Source: Malacoraja senta
Lineage: Eukaryota
Length of the DNA: 64,000 nucleotides
Direction: 5' to 3'
Assembly: GCA_038087875.1 (NCBI GenBank)
Contig: CM075992.1
Span: forward strand, 8,062,001 to 8,126,000
The translations under genes were made by a program, and so were the position numbers. The notes beneath the pieces are model-generated. The model saw only the letters and a list, made by a program, of their open reading frames with translations. It made no database searches and had not been told where the DNA came from. Below are positions 46,652-59,574 of the stretch, piece after piece; position 1 is the stretch's first letter; each line of letters opens with the position of its first letter.

Positions 46652-47071
46652 TAGAATTTAGAAATTGAGGGGGGATCTTATAGAAACGTACAAAATTCTT
46701 AAGGGGTTGGACAGGCTAGATGCAGGAAGATTGTTCCTGATGTTGGGGAAGTCCAGAACAAGGGGTCACAGTTTAAGGATAAGCGGGAAGTCTTTTAGGA
46801 CCGAGGTGAGAAAAACATTTTTCACGCAGAGAGTGGTGAATCTGTGGAATTCTCTGCCACAGAAAGTAGTTGAGGCCAGTTCATTGGCTATATTTAAGAG
46901 TGAGTTAGATGTGGCCCTTGTGGCTAAAGGGACCAGGGGGTATGGAGAGAAGGCAGGTACAGGATACTGAGTTGGATGATCAGCCATGATCATATTGAAT
47001 GGCGGTGCAGGCTCGAAGGGCCGAATGGCCTACTCCTGCACCTATTTTCTATGTTTTCTATGTTTCTATGT
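46652..47071 (+). mobile_element. CR1 LINE 3' fragment
   Basis: RGDLIETYKIL...GYGEKAGTGY* and (TTTCTATG)n tail. Confidence 0.9.
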
Positions 47072-50000
47072 TCCTCCAACACTTTGCGTTTTGTTCCAGA
47101 TTCCAGCATCTGTAGTTTCTTGTGGCTCTATATTCAATTCCTCAATTGATAATTTAAGGTTGGCCAAAAGGCCTTGTGGGTTTTAGATTTTGGTAGGCTT
47201 GCTTTGTTCGCCACCATGAAAAAGATGGGCCCACAAAAGGGCGATGTGAACTGGTTATGATTATAGAATCAAAAAATTGTACATCACAGAAATGGTTCCT
47301 GTTTGCCTACCTCGTCCATTGTGTTTGAGAAGTCTGTCTACTTCTTATGTGCTTGCATTCGGCCCATATCCGTCTTCTTGTCCCTGTCCAAATGATTCTA
47401 ATATTGTAATTGTATCTACCTCTGTGGCAGCTTTTTCCAGATAACCTCCATCCTCTGTGTGGAGATGGCTGTGGTGCTCAAACTTTGTTATGCCCACTAA
47501 TACATTCTTAATTTTTCTTTCCAAAAAAATGTATATGAACAAACTGGGCAAAAAAAGAAACTGCTGGAGCAAATCAGTGGGTCAGGCAGCATCCATAGAG
47601 GGAAATGGACAGATTGTGCCTTGTTACCTGGGTCCACCTATCACTTGCCAGCTCTTGTTCCACCCCTTTCCCTCCCCACTTTCTATCAGATAACTCACAC
47701 CTATCCAATCAATTGTAAGAACAGTGACGGTGGCGCAGCGGTAGACTTGCTGCCTTACAGTAAATGCAGCGCTGGAGAACCTGGTTCGATCCCGACTACG
47801 GGTGCTGTCTGTATGTAGTTTGTACGTTCTCCCCGTGACCTGCGTGGGTTTTTTCCGAGATCTTCGGTTTCCTCCCACACTCCAAAGGCGTATTGGTTTG
47901 TAGGTTAATTGGCTTGGTAAATGTAAAAATTGTCCCTCGTGCGTGTAGGATAGTGTTGGTGTGCGGGGATCGCTGGTCAGCGCGGACCCGGTGGGCCGAA
48001 GAGCCTGTTTCCGCGCTGTATCTCTAAACTAAAGTAAACTGTTCAGACCTGAAACTTTCATGCCAGTCCATTTCTCTCCACAGATGCTGCCTGACCTGCT
48101 GAGTTCCCCAGTAGTTTTGTCTTTTGCTCTTGATTCCGGCATCAGCGGTCTGTTGTGTCTCCATTTGTATGAACATTGCCTTTGATGTTAGTCTTTGTTC
48201 AGGTGAACTTAAAAAGAGCATTGGAACAGGCTCCAATAAGTTTCCAAGGAGCGTGGAAACCAAGCTCCATTAACTTCAAACTGACCCTTGCGAATATCAC
48301 CCACTGTGACTAGTGGGCTAGTCCCATTTATCTGCAATAGACACAAAATGCTGGAGTAACTCAGCGGGACAGGCAGCACCTCTGGAGAGTGCAGTTCCTT
48401 CTTACCCATTTACCTGCATTTGTCCTATTGTCCTCTCAGCTCCTCCTATTCATATATCTGACCAAATGTCATAATCATATCTGCTTCTATAGCAGATACT
48501 CCTATCTCTGGCGGCTCATTCCAGGGAAAGTCACAATGTTTATTTTCCCATGTATTTCAAGGCGGTGCGATCAAGTTAAATGTGATTTGTTGTGCCTATT
48601 ACTTGGCTTGCATGCTGTTTCTGAAATCAAGCAGCTTTTTGATTTGACAACAATAAAAGCAGAAAATACTAGAAACACTCAGCAGGCATCTATGTGAAAA
48701 AGATGCCTCTGAGATCCCTCTTACATCTCTCGGCTTTCATCTTAAGCCTACGTCCTCTAGTTTTTGAATGCTCTCCCCTGGGTAGTATCAGTTTCAGTTC
48801 AGTTTAGTTTATTGTCACGTGTACAATACAATACAATAATAATTTATCAGCCAAGTATGTTTTGCAACATACAAGGGATTTCATTTGCCATACAGTCATA
48901 CAAATAAAAAGCAGCAAGACACACAAAATACATTTTAACATAAACATCCACCACAGTGACTCCCCCACATTCCTTACTGTGATGGAAGGCGAAAAAAAGT
49001 TCAATCTCTTCCCTTCTTTGTCCCCCTGTGGTCGGGGGCCTCGAGCCTTCCGTTGACGGGAAGATCTTACTCCCGTAGCCGGCGGCATTCAGGCCCTCCA
49101 CGTCGGGGCGATCACTTCTGCATGGGGGGGGGGGGAATCTCAGCTCCCCCGCGGCGAGCGATCGGTCATGGCTGGTCAAACCTGCGACGTTGGAGCTCCC
49201 GACATCCACGGTCTCTCCCGAGACTACGAGCTCTCGATGGTAAAGTCCACAGGCCGTGGTTGGAGCATCGATCCCAGGCAAGGGATCGGCTCCGATGGTA
49301 AGTCCACGCCCCGCGGTGGGGCTCAAAGTCAGTCCCGATGGGGCCTCCAGCTCCAAGATGTTAGGTTGCAGAGCGACCGGAGATACGACCCGGAAAGTAA
49401 TCGCATCTCCGGCAGGGTAAGAGGAAAAAAAAGTTTCCCCCTCCCCCACATAAAACAAACCAGCGAACATTAAAACAAACTGTGGCGTGCTAACTAGCCA
49501 GCGGGAAAACAATACATGATTACAATCGAGCCATTCACAGTGTACAGTTACACGAGGAGGGAATAACGTTTAGTGCAAGGCAAACCTAGTAAAGTTCGAT
49601 GAAAGATAGTCCGAGGGTCACCAATGAGGTAGATAGATTGGAGTCGGGAGCGCTCTCTGGTTGCGGTAGGATGGTTCAGTTGCCTGATAACAACTGGGAA
49701 GAACCTGTTCACTGTATGCGTGTTCCTCATGATCTTGTACCCCTCAGTAAGGTCACTCCTCAGCCTACTGTGTACGCTCCAAATGTCCTACTTTATCCAA
49801 CTCCCCTTTACCCAAACCTGTGGGTCCAGGTAACATTTGGATGAATCTTTTCTGCAGCCTTTCTGACAATGACACCCTTCCCAGTGCTCCAAATGTCACC
49901 AAAAATTGTGCTCAATACCATTCCCAACGAGTAAGAAGGAGCTGCAGATGCTGGTTTAAACTGGAGATAGACACAAAAAACTGGAGTAACTCAACGGGAC

Positions 50001-50964
50001 AGGTAGCATCTCTGGAGAGAAGGAATAGGTGACGTTTCGGGTCGAGATCCTACGTCTTGACCCAAAACGTCACCCATTCCTTCTCTCCAGAGATGCCTGT
50101 ACCGCTGAGTTACTCCAGCTGTTTGTGTCTTATCTACCATTCACAATGAAGCAAGCACCACCCTGTCTACCTGACTTGCCACTTTCAAGGAACTATGCAT
50201 TCAAACCATGTTACAGTGAGAATCAGTTGTTTCATTCCACAGGATCATCAGCAGGAGGAAGCGATATCCGATTTTGTTTCTAACGATCATCAAATATTAA
50301 TGCACATTGCAGAGAAGGTCATAAACATTGTGGTGAACTTCTGGAAATGTCCATAAGGTCAGGCAAAATCAATAGAGAAATATTTCAGATCGATGTCCAT
50401 AGATGCTCGGAATGCAAAGTGCTGGAAGTGGAATAACTCTGTGGCTCAGACAATATATCTCTGGAGGACATGGATCGGTGACGTTTCAGGTTGGACCCCT
50501 TCAGACAGACAAGAAGGGTCCCGACACGAAACATCGCCCATCCATGTCCTCCAGAGATGCTGCCTAACTCGCTGAGTTATTCCAGCACTTTGTGTTTTAT
50601 GTAAGATCCTAGCATCTGCAGTTCCATGTGTCTAGACCAGAGATACTCACTCCGTTTATCCTTCTCAACTGATGCTACCTGACCGACTAAATATTTACTG
50701 TTTTACTGCAAACGCTGCAATTCTGGATTATTTTAGTTTTGTTTTATGGTACAGATTATTCTTTTTATAAGGACACAGAATGAGGTGAATGGAGAATTTA
50801 GGCCTGGATTATGGAAACAGCTGGTTGGTTTTGTTGAGATTTGCTGTTTCTTAAGAAAGTGTCATAATCATTACTCTCTGGTGTCATTGTTAATCCAGAA
50901 AGAGGGAAAAGCCTTCGCCGAACAATCAGATGCAAAAAAGTCCATGATCCAGAGCAGAAGTCAG

Positions 50965-51322
50965 CAAAGATCCTATAGCAAGCAAGATAGATCACTCGAC
51001 GAAAAAGACATAATACGGTCATGGGCAGATTCATGGGTAATTTTCGGCCTCATTTCCGTAACCGGCTTCCGTCTCCGCACCATAGCGGAGCAAAGATAAC
51101 TAGTGCGGAGACGGAAGCCGGTTACGGAAACATCCTCGTAAAAATAAAAGTTCTTTGGTAAAAATCTTCTCATTTTCAGAATAATAATTTATTAACACAA
51201 ACTGTTCCCCGGCAACGTTGATTACACTGCGAGTCGGGTCGGGTTACTGAAATGGATGAAAAAAAGGCCCACATCAGCCCATTGCATTTAGAAGGAGTGG
51301 TCTATCTTGGATAGGATCTTTG
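50965..51322. mobile_element. hAT-type non-autonomous DNA transposon
   Basis: TIR CAAAGATCCTAT...ATAGGATCTTTG, perfect 8-bp TSD gaagtcag (50957-50964, 51323-51330). Confidence 0.85.
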
Positions 51323-52849
51323 GAAGTCAGCGTTTGCAGTTAGCCTCAGGGGAAAAGTCACAATGTTTATTTTCCCCCTGTTATTCAAGGAGTGGTGTGA
51401 TCAAGTTAAGTGTGATTTGTAGTGCCTATTAACTTGGCTTGCATGCTGTCTCTGGAATCAAGCAGCTTATTGATTTGCGAAACACTCAGCAGGCCCGACC
51501 TTGTCTGTGGAAAGAAAAACAGTTGATGTTTCAGGTTGAAGGTTTAACGATTTGAGGAGTCCGCATCTCTCCAAATTTTCTCCTTTTGAAAAGATTTGAG
51601 ATGTACTGGTCAAAAAAAGATTTCTTCTCTCTTTCAGGTAGTGCTTTCCCCTCATCATTTAATGCATAAATTAATTCTCTCAATCTCAACTCTGGCTCTT
51701 TGCCAATTACCAATAATCCTGTTCTCTGATTTACTCTGATTTCTGTTTATTAATTTAATTCTTAATTAAATCTGCTCTTGAATTTCTAAATGCAAAAAAC
51801 TGCAGATGTTGGAAATTTAGTTTAGTTTAGTTTTAGTTTAGAGATACAGCTCGGAAACAGGCCCTTCGGCCCACCGAGTCCGCACCAACCAGCGATCACC
51901 ACACATTAATACTATCCTAGACACACTAGGACAATTTACATTTACACCAAGCCAATTAACCTACAAACCTGTACGTCTTTGGAGAGTGGGAGGAAACCAA
52001 AGATCTCGGAGGAAATCCACGCAGGTCACAGAGAGAATGTACAAACTCTGTACAGACAGCACCCATAGTCAGGATCGAACCTGGGTCTCTGGCACTGTAA
52101 ATGCTGTGAGGCAGCAACTCTACCGCTGCGCCACGTGCCGCCCATCTGAAATAAAAATGGAAAATGCATGAACTAGTCTGCAGGGCAGGCAGCATCTGTG
52201 GAGAGAGAAACAGAGTTAATGTTTCAGGTCATCGATCTTCGCCTTTTGGGCAGCTAAGTAGATAGAGAAAGTTCAGATGGATATTGGCGTAGTGGAGGTA
52301 TTGCAGTGTTCAGGTGCTGGTCCCCACATTACTTGGGGCGTCAGAAATGGACATTAATGAAGCAGGTTGAACCATTTGCACAACTCACTTTTGCTTTTAA
52401 AATGTTGTGCATGGCAACCTCAACTGGGGGCAGCACAGTAGCACATTTACTGGTACTGCGCCCCCAGGTTAAATCCTGACCGGTGGTGTCTGCATGAGGT
52501 TTACAAATTCTTTGTGCGGTGGCGTGGGTTTCCTCCGGGTGCTCTGGTTTCCTATCGCATCCCATGAGGGTTAGAGGATAACTGGCTATTGCAAATTGGC
52601 CCTTGTGTGTAGACGAGTGGTTGAATCCAGGAATATGAGATGTATTTTTTAACAGTGGGAATAAAGTAGAGAAATTAAACAGTGGAGAGAAGTATATAAT
52701 GAATGGAAGGGACCCCAAGGTGCATGATGTACATAACTAAACCCACAGTTCTCTGAAAGTGTCGACATGGTTGGATAGAGTGGTCAAGAATGCATCCAAG
52801 AGCATAAAAGTCGGGAAGTCATGTGACAACATTATCAAACTTGGTTATA

Positions 52850-53330
52850 CATAGACAATAGGTGCAGGAGGAGGCCATTCAGCCCTTCGAGCCACCACCC
52901 CCATTCAATGTTATCATGGCTGATCATCCATAATCAGTACCCCGTTCCTGCCTTCTCCCCATATTCCTTGATTCTGCTAGCCCTAAGAGCTCTCGCTAAC
53001 TACTTTTGAATGCATCTAGTGAATCGGCCTCCACTGCCTTCTGAGGCAGAGAATTCCACAAATTCACAACTCTCGGTGTGAAAAAGTTTTTCCTCACCTC
53101 AGTTCTAAGTGGCCTGCCCTTTATTCTTAAACTGTGGCCCCTGGTTCTGGACTCTGGACATTGGGAACATGTTTTCCTGCCTCTAGCGTGTCCAATCCCT
53201 TAATAATTTTATTTGTTTCTATATGATCCCCTCCCTTCTAAATTCCAGTGAATACAAGCCCAGTCGCTCCATTCTTTCATCATATGACAGTCCCGCCATC
53301 CCGGGAATTAAGCTGGTGAACTTACGCTGC
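52850..53330 (-). mobile_element. CR1 LINE 3' fragment nested in an older plus-strand CR1
   Basis: QRKFTSLIPGMAGLSYDERMERLGLYSLEFR and CR1 3' UTR. Confidence 0.8.
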
Positions 53331-53763
53331 CATATTTGGAGTATTGTGTGCAATTCTGATTGCCACATTACAGGAAGGATTTGGAGAGGGTTTAGAAGAG
53401 GTTCGCCAGGATGTTGTTGGATTAGAGAGTACAAGGAGAGGTTGGACAAACTTAGATTGTTTTCTCTGGAGCATCAGAAGGGACAACCTGATAGAAGTAT
53501 TTAAAATTATGAGAGGCTTGGATAGTGTCGACAGTTAAAAGCTTTATCTCAGGTTTGAAATGTCAAAGACTAGAGAGCAGAGCTTTAAAGTGATAGGGGC
53601 AACCTTTAAAGGAGATGTGTATTATCAAATTATGAGAGGCATAAATATGGTAGACTGACACTATTCACGACCCTGGGTCCTTTCTGTGTGACGTTTGCAC
53701 ATTTTTCCTGTGACTACGTCTCCAGATGCACAGGTTTCCTCAGACATCTCAAAACATGCGGGT

Positions 53764-54150
53764 CGACAAAAATGCTGGAGAAACTCAGCGGGTGAGGCAG
53801 CATCTATGGAGCGAAGGAAATAGGCGGTGTTTCGGGTCGAGATGCTTCTTCAGACTGATGTGAGGGTGGGGGGTGGGAAGAAGAAAGGAAGAGGCGGAGA
53901 CAGTGGGCTGTAGGGAGAGCTGGGAAGGGGAGGGGAAAGAAGGAGAAAGCAGGGACTACCTGAAATTGGAGAAGTAAATATTCATACCACTGGGGTGTAA
54001 ACTACCCAAGCGAAATATGAGATGCTGCTCCTCCAATTTACAGTGGGCCTCACTCTGGCCATGGAGGAGGCCCAGGACAGAAAGGACGGATTCGGAATGG
54101 GAGGGGGAGTTGAAGCACTGAGCCACCGGGAGATCAGGTTGGTTATTGCG
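53764..54150 (-). mobile_element. Penelope-like element 3' fragment
   Basis: ORF 53956-54204 RNNQPDLPVAQCFNSPSH...SNFR. Confidence 0.85.
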
Positions 54151-55425
54151 GGTCATGCAGGTCGATAGGTTAATTATGTACTGTAAATTCCACAGGTTCA
54201 CCACTGTCTTGGAGAAGAAATTCCCCTCATCTCTGTCCTATGGCACACCACTTGTGCTTAGTCTTGTGGCCCCTGGTCCTGGACTCCGTGCCATCCGGAA
54301 CATCCTTCCTGCATCTGGTCTTTCTAGACCTGTTCGACTTTTGCAGAGTTGACCCTACTGTTTGTAGGCTGTGCCTGTGTTGACCAAAATCACTGAGGTG
54401 GTATCTGGGCCTTTATCGCTCATTACAGGAGGTTAACAAGTGTGCAGCTTTCTCCCTGCAGTGAAAGGAAATTTGTGGTAGAATTCATTTAAGATTTTCA
54501 AGTAGGAATTTTATAATTGAAACTGAAACATGTAGATCGCAAATTATAAGAGTAGAATTAGGCCATTCGGCCCATTGACTCTGCTCCGCCATTCGATCAT
54601 GGCTAATCTCTGCCTCCTAATCCCATTTTACTGCCTTCTCCCCATAACCCGTGACACCCGTTCTAATCAAGAATTTGTCTATCTCTGCCTTAAAAATATC
54701 CACTGACTTGGCCTCCACAGCCTTCTGTGGCAATGAGTTCCACAGATTAACTACTCTCTGACTAAAGAAATTCCTCCTCACCTCCTTTCTAAAAGAGCGC
54801 CCTTTAATTCCGATCCATAAATGTTGCGTTATGCGTGACAATTTGTAAGGCATAATTTTGTTAAGAACAACAAATTAGGACAGACATTTATTGATAATCA
54901 AGGACGAGTCACACCCTGGTCACTCCCTCTTCTCCCCTCTCCCATCGGGCAAAAGGTATAGAAGTGTGAAAACGCACACCTCCAGATTCAGAGACAGTTT
55001 ATTCCAAACTGTTATAAGACAACCGAACCATCCCACCACAACCAGAGAGCAGTGCTGAACTATCCACCTCATCTGGAGACCCTCGAACTATCTTTGATCG
55101 GATTTTACTGGCTTTATCTTGCACTAAACATTATTCCCTTATCATGTACCTGTGCACTGTGAATGGCTCGATTGTGTGTGTGTGTGTGTGATATAATGGA
55201 GAGATCTGTTTACTGGACGCAAGTCATAATGAGTGGTCCTCGTAAGTCCAGCTAACCTGATCCATTCTTTCTCTTTCTTACTCTTCTATGCTTAAATACA
55301 TGCAAATTTAGAACAGCATGCAGAAATGTCTATTTGTACTCAATGAAGTAATAAGGTTTTAAAGAAATCACGTGATATTTAATTCTGAATGGCTTCATGT
55401 TCTAAACCAGCACAATAAATAAGCA

Positions 55426-55751
55426 CAAAAAGCTGGAGTAACTCAGTGGGACAGGCAGCATCTCTGGAGAGAAGGAATGGGTGATGGAGTAGCTCAGCGG
55501 GACAGGCAGCATCTCTGGAGAGAAGGAATGGGTGATGGAGTAACTCAGCGGGACAGGCAGCATCTCTGGAGAGAAGGAATGGGTGACGTTTCGGGTCGAG
55601 ACCCTTCAGACTGATTCAGTCTGAAGAAGGGTCTCGACCTGAAACGTCACCCAGTCTGAAGAAGGGTCTCGTCCCGAAACGTCACCCGCTGAGTTATTCC
55701 AGCATTTTGTGTCTACCTTCGATTTTACCAGCATCTGCAGTTCTTTCTACT
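55426..55751. mobile_element. Rearranged Penelope pLTR insertion with internal tandem repeats and two tandem hammerhead cores
   Basis: 14-bp TSD acaataaataagca (55412-55425, 55752-55765); about 51-nt unit x3 then inverted half with 35-nt unit x2. Confidence 0.85.
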
Positions 55752-56264
55752 ACAATAAATAAGCATCTGGATGAATGTTTTGTGCCTAATCTTAACGAAA
55801 TGAAGAGAAAATACTAGGTTTATTAAAGAAATGGGTGTATTGTCAAATTGTATTTAAAATGCCTGATATTTTATAGTTAACACAATTGAGCAGCAGTTCT
55901 GGGATTGCTTTTCAGAATGTGAGCATTAGCCTTGAGATACGGTATCTTGTTTGGAGATCTTTAGCATGTTGGGTTGAGCAGGTTGTTCATCCATGTGGTG
56001 TTTGGTTACTGGGACCTGATCTCCCCACAATGGGGTGTCCACACTACCAGAGTCCTGCTATGAAATGCAATGCAGTTTTGCTCAGGGACGTACGTCAGTG
56101 CTGCGAATCCACCCCATCACCTTCTGCCGTCACTCTGTTCTTGTGTTTCTTTGTTGAATTCATTCCTGTACAAATTTAATTTACCCGTTTTATAATGGTT
56201 TTGTGTTTTATGCCAGAGTTTTTGATACATTATGATTTATCCGCTTTTCCTTTTCCTGATCCAG

Positions 56265-56312
56265 TTATAGTGATCACTCTAAGCCCTGCTCCTGCCCCGT
56301 CCCAACGAGCAG
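56265..56312 (+). CDS. MAP2K7: MKK7 48-nt cassette exon 2 (gamma isoform)
   Basis: ttttcctgatccag| acceptor, GCAG|gtacc donor, 48 nt, symmetric phase 1, encodes (I)IVITLSPAPAPSQRA. Confidence 0.92.
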
Positions 56313-59052
56313 GTACCAAATCTCTTATTTATCATATGCACCTACCTAACTTCCTCTCCTCCTTCTTGCCACTTGCTGATCTATATTCCTGGTCTCCATG
56401 TCGTTGTGCTTTCCCTGCTGCTCTTAAATTCTTTCTTCTCCCTGCAGCTTTTCCAACATGTGTTCTTCCATTTCTTTTTGTTTTCATCTTCACATCCGTT
56501 CGCTGTTATTATTTTTTTGCCACCTCTCTTGTTTTCCTTCTGCTCAGTGCTTACTTTTGTCTCTTTTGCTGTCGTAACTTTTTGCCTTCCAGTTCACCCG
56601 AACCTTTTACTCATTACTCTCTCCGTTTTTTTCCCCTTTGTAACTCACCACTTAAGCAGACACTGGGAGACCGATCCCTGTGGCTGATGCATGTAACCTG
56701 TAGTTCTTATTGAAATGGCTGCTTTTGTGCATGACCACGGCATGCAGTCCTGGAATTTATCCTGTTAGCATGACAGAGATAGAATGGCACTGTTATACTT
56801 CCGTCTTCACAATGCAAAGAAATGTTTATGTGTCCAAATTTATGAATGTACGTTCTATTTTCTAGGCGCAATGTCTTGAGGGATATGCAGTGGAAAGTTT
56901 GCATCAGTGGAGTGCCACACTTTCTCAACCATGTTTACCTTATTATAATTTTCTCCCACATATTTCTACATAAAGTCACCTTAATATTTCTGTATCATGC
57001 ATTGGTTATCAACGTAGCCTGCCCCCTTTCCCTGCGAAAAACAGTCTATATTTAGATGGACTTCCTGCGTCGGCATAAGCCGTGACTCAGCTGCAGCATC
57101 TTTGAGTCACAGGACTGTGGGTTTATTCAGCTGCGTAGATATGAACAGAGAAATCAAGGCTGGTACTCCAAAGCGTGTGTGTGTGTGTTGCATTGTCTTT
57201 AGTCAGAGGGTGGTGAATCTGGAATTCTTTGCCACAGAAGGATGTGGATGCCTGCTAAATGGATATTTCTAAGGCATAGATAGATATATTCTTGATTAGT
57301 ACGGGCGTCAGGGGTTATGGGGAGAAGGCAGGAGGATGGGGTTAGGAGGGAGAGATAGATCGGCCATGATTGAATGACAGAGTAGATTTGATGGGCCAAA
57401 TGGCCTAATTCTGCTCTTATCACTTATGACCTTAAGACTCAGTATAAATGAAGGGTGTTCCTTCAGTAATATTTCCATGAAAATCTTGGACCATCTCCTG
57501 TACAGCTGCCATCTCTTTAAACTACGAAATTCTCTCAGCCTCCTCCAAAGACTGGCTCTGGGTTTCCGACCGAATCAAAAGATATTTGTGCATTTTGCCT
57601 GTGCGATCCCTAGTCATGTTGACGAGCACTAGAAAATAGAAAATAAATCATAAATTTGTGCGGATTTATTCACATTCAGAACAATTTTCTTTTCAGCATT
57701 TACATTACAGAGGATGTTGGTGAAGACTTATCCTGGTTTGTATGTGTGTGTGTATATTGTGAAATTATAAACCTGCAAGACTTTGTGATATCATTTCCCC
57801 TACTGCTCTGGTCACCCCCATCCCAGGCATTATAACGCTCATGAATATCTGTGAACCTGTCCAAATAAACAGATTGGTTTTCCAAAACTTGCTTGTGCCT
57901 TGGTGAGAGGGACTGAGAAAAGGGTCCCCTATAGAAAATGGTTTGCAGATGCAGTAATAATCAAATGAGTTTGTAGAGCCTAATATTTTCACACATCAGT
58001 AATATTAGATGTGGATGCTTCAAATGTCACAATCTTGACCTATTTGCATCATTATTTTATGTCATGGGCTTCCTTCCCCTCTCACTGTTCAATGTTTAGT
58101 TTAGAGTTTCGAGATACAGCATGGAAACAGGCCCTCTGGCCCACCGAGTCCGCACCGACCAGCAATCCCCGCACACTAACACTATCCTACACACACATGA
58201 GGGACAATTAAAATTAACCTACAAACCTGTACGTCTTTGGAGTGTGGGAGGAAACTGGAGATCCCGGAGAAAACCCACGCAGGTCACAGGGAGGTAGCCA
58301 AAAGTGCTGGAGAAACTCAGCGGGTGCAGCAGCATCTATGGAGCAAAGGAAATGGGCAACGTTTCGGGCCGAAACCCTTCTTCAGACTGATGTAGGGGGG
58401 GAGGGGGGGGGAGAAGAAAGGAAAAAGGAAGAGGAGGAGCCCGAGGGCTGAGGGAGAGCTGAGAAGGGGAGGAGACAGCAAGGGCTACTGAAAATTGGAG
58501 AAGTCACAGAAATTGGAGAGGTCACAGGGAGAACGTACAAACTCGGTACAGACAGCACCCGTGGTCAGGATGGATCCCGGGTCCCTGGCGCTGTGAGGCA
58601 GCAACTCTTCCGCTGCGCCACCTTGTGATCCCCCATTATTGAGCCCAGGACCTCCTAACCATGGACCGCACCTGAGAGTTACTCCAGCACTTTGCATCTT
58701 TTTTGTAAACCAGCATCTGCAGTTCTTTGTTTCTATTGGCTGCTTCTTCCAATTAGTCACGTTTATTGTGAGAATATCACAATTTTCTGTTGTTTCTTCA
58801 CCCCTTTCTCTCCATTGATAATGTCTGTGCTCACAGGCTTTTGTTCCCAATGCTGCTGGTTCAGGCCCTGACTCTTGCCTTATAATCACTGGCTATGGTT
58901 GCTTGTGCTAAAATCCTGGGTAGCTAGGGTTTTTGTCCACCAGCCAGGTAGGGCCACGGAGGTGACTCGGCAGTAGGGGTTTCACAGTCAGCAGGGTTTG
59001 TATTGGGAAAGTGTTTGTGTTCAATGTAATAGTGGCCTTTCCTTGTTTTCAG

Positions 59053-59191
59053 CTCTTCAGCTTCCATTAGCAAATGATGCTGGCAGCCGATCATCTTCAT
59101 CAGAAACCTCGCCTCAGCATCACCCGCCCCCTTCACGTCCTCGGCACATGCTCAGCCTCCCACAACCGCTGCTGCAGAAAAGCATGGAAAG
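59053..59191 (+). CDS. MAP2K7: MKK7 coding exon 3
   Basis: ttgttttcag| acceptor, AG|gtaag donor; LQLPLANDAGSRSSSSETSPQHHPPPSRPRHMLSLPQPLLQKSME. Confidence 0.95.
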
Positions 59192-59358
59192 GTAAGAAAA
59201 GGGGGTATGGAGAGAAGGCAGGTACGGGACACTGAGTTGGATGATCAACCATGATCATATTGAATGGCGGTGCAGGCTCGAAGGGCCGAATGGCCTACTC
59301 CTGCACCTATTTTCTATGTTTCTATGTATGTAAAAGGCTACACCTTATACTTGAGTGT

Positions 59359-59574
59359 GTAAGAAAGAATTGCAGATGCTGGTTAAAATCAAAGGTAGGC
59401 ACAAAATGCTGGAGTAACTCAGCGGGACAGGCAGCATCTCTGGAGGGAAGGAATGGGCGACGTTTCAGGTCGAGACCAATCAGTCTGAAGAAGGGTCTCG
59501 ACCCGAAACATTGCCCATTCCTTCCCCCCAGAGATGCTGCCTGTCCCGCTGAGTTACTCCAGCATTTTGTGTCA
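59359..59574. mobile_element. Inverted Penelope pLTR insertion
   Basis: 17-bp perfect TSD accttatacttgagtgt (59342-59358, 59575-59591). Confidence 0.88.

Noticed and set aside
56195..56713. 172-aa hydrophobic ORF
   Set aside because: Only the 48-nt MAP2K7 exon is real; the rest is pyrimidine-rich intron
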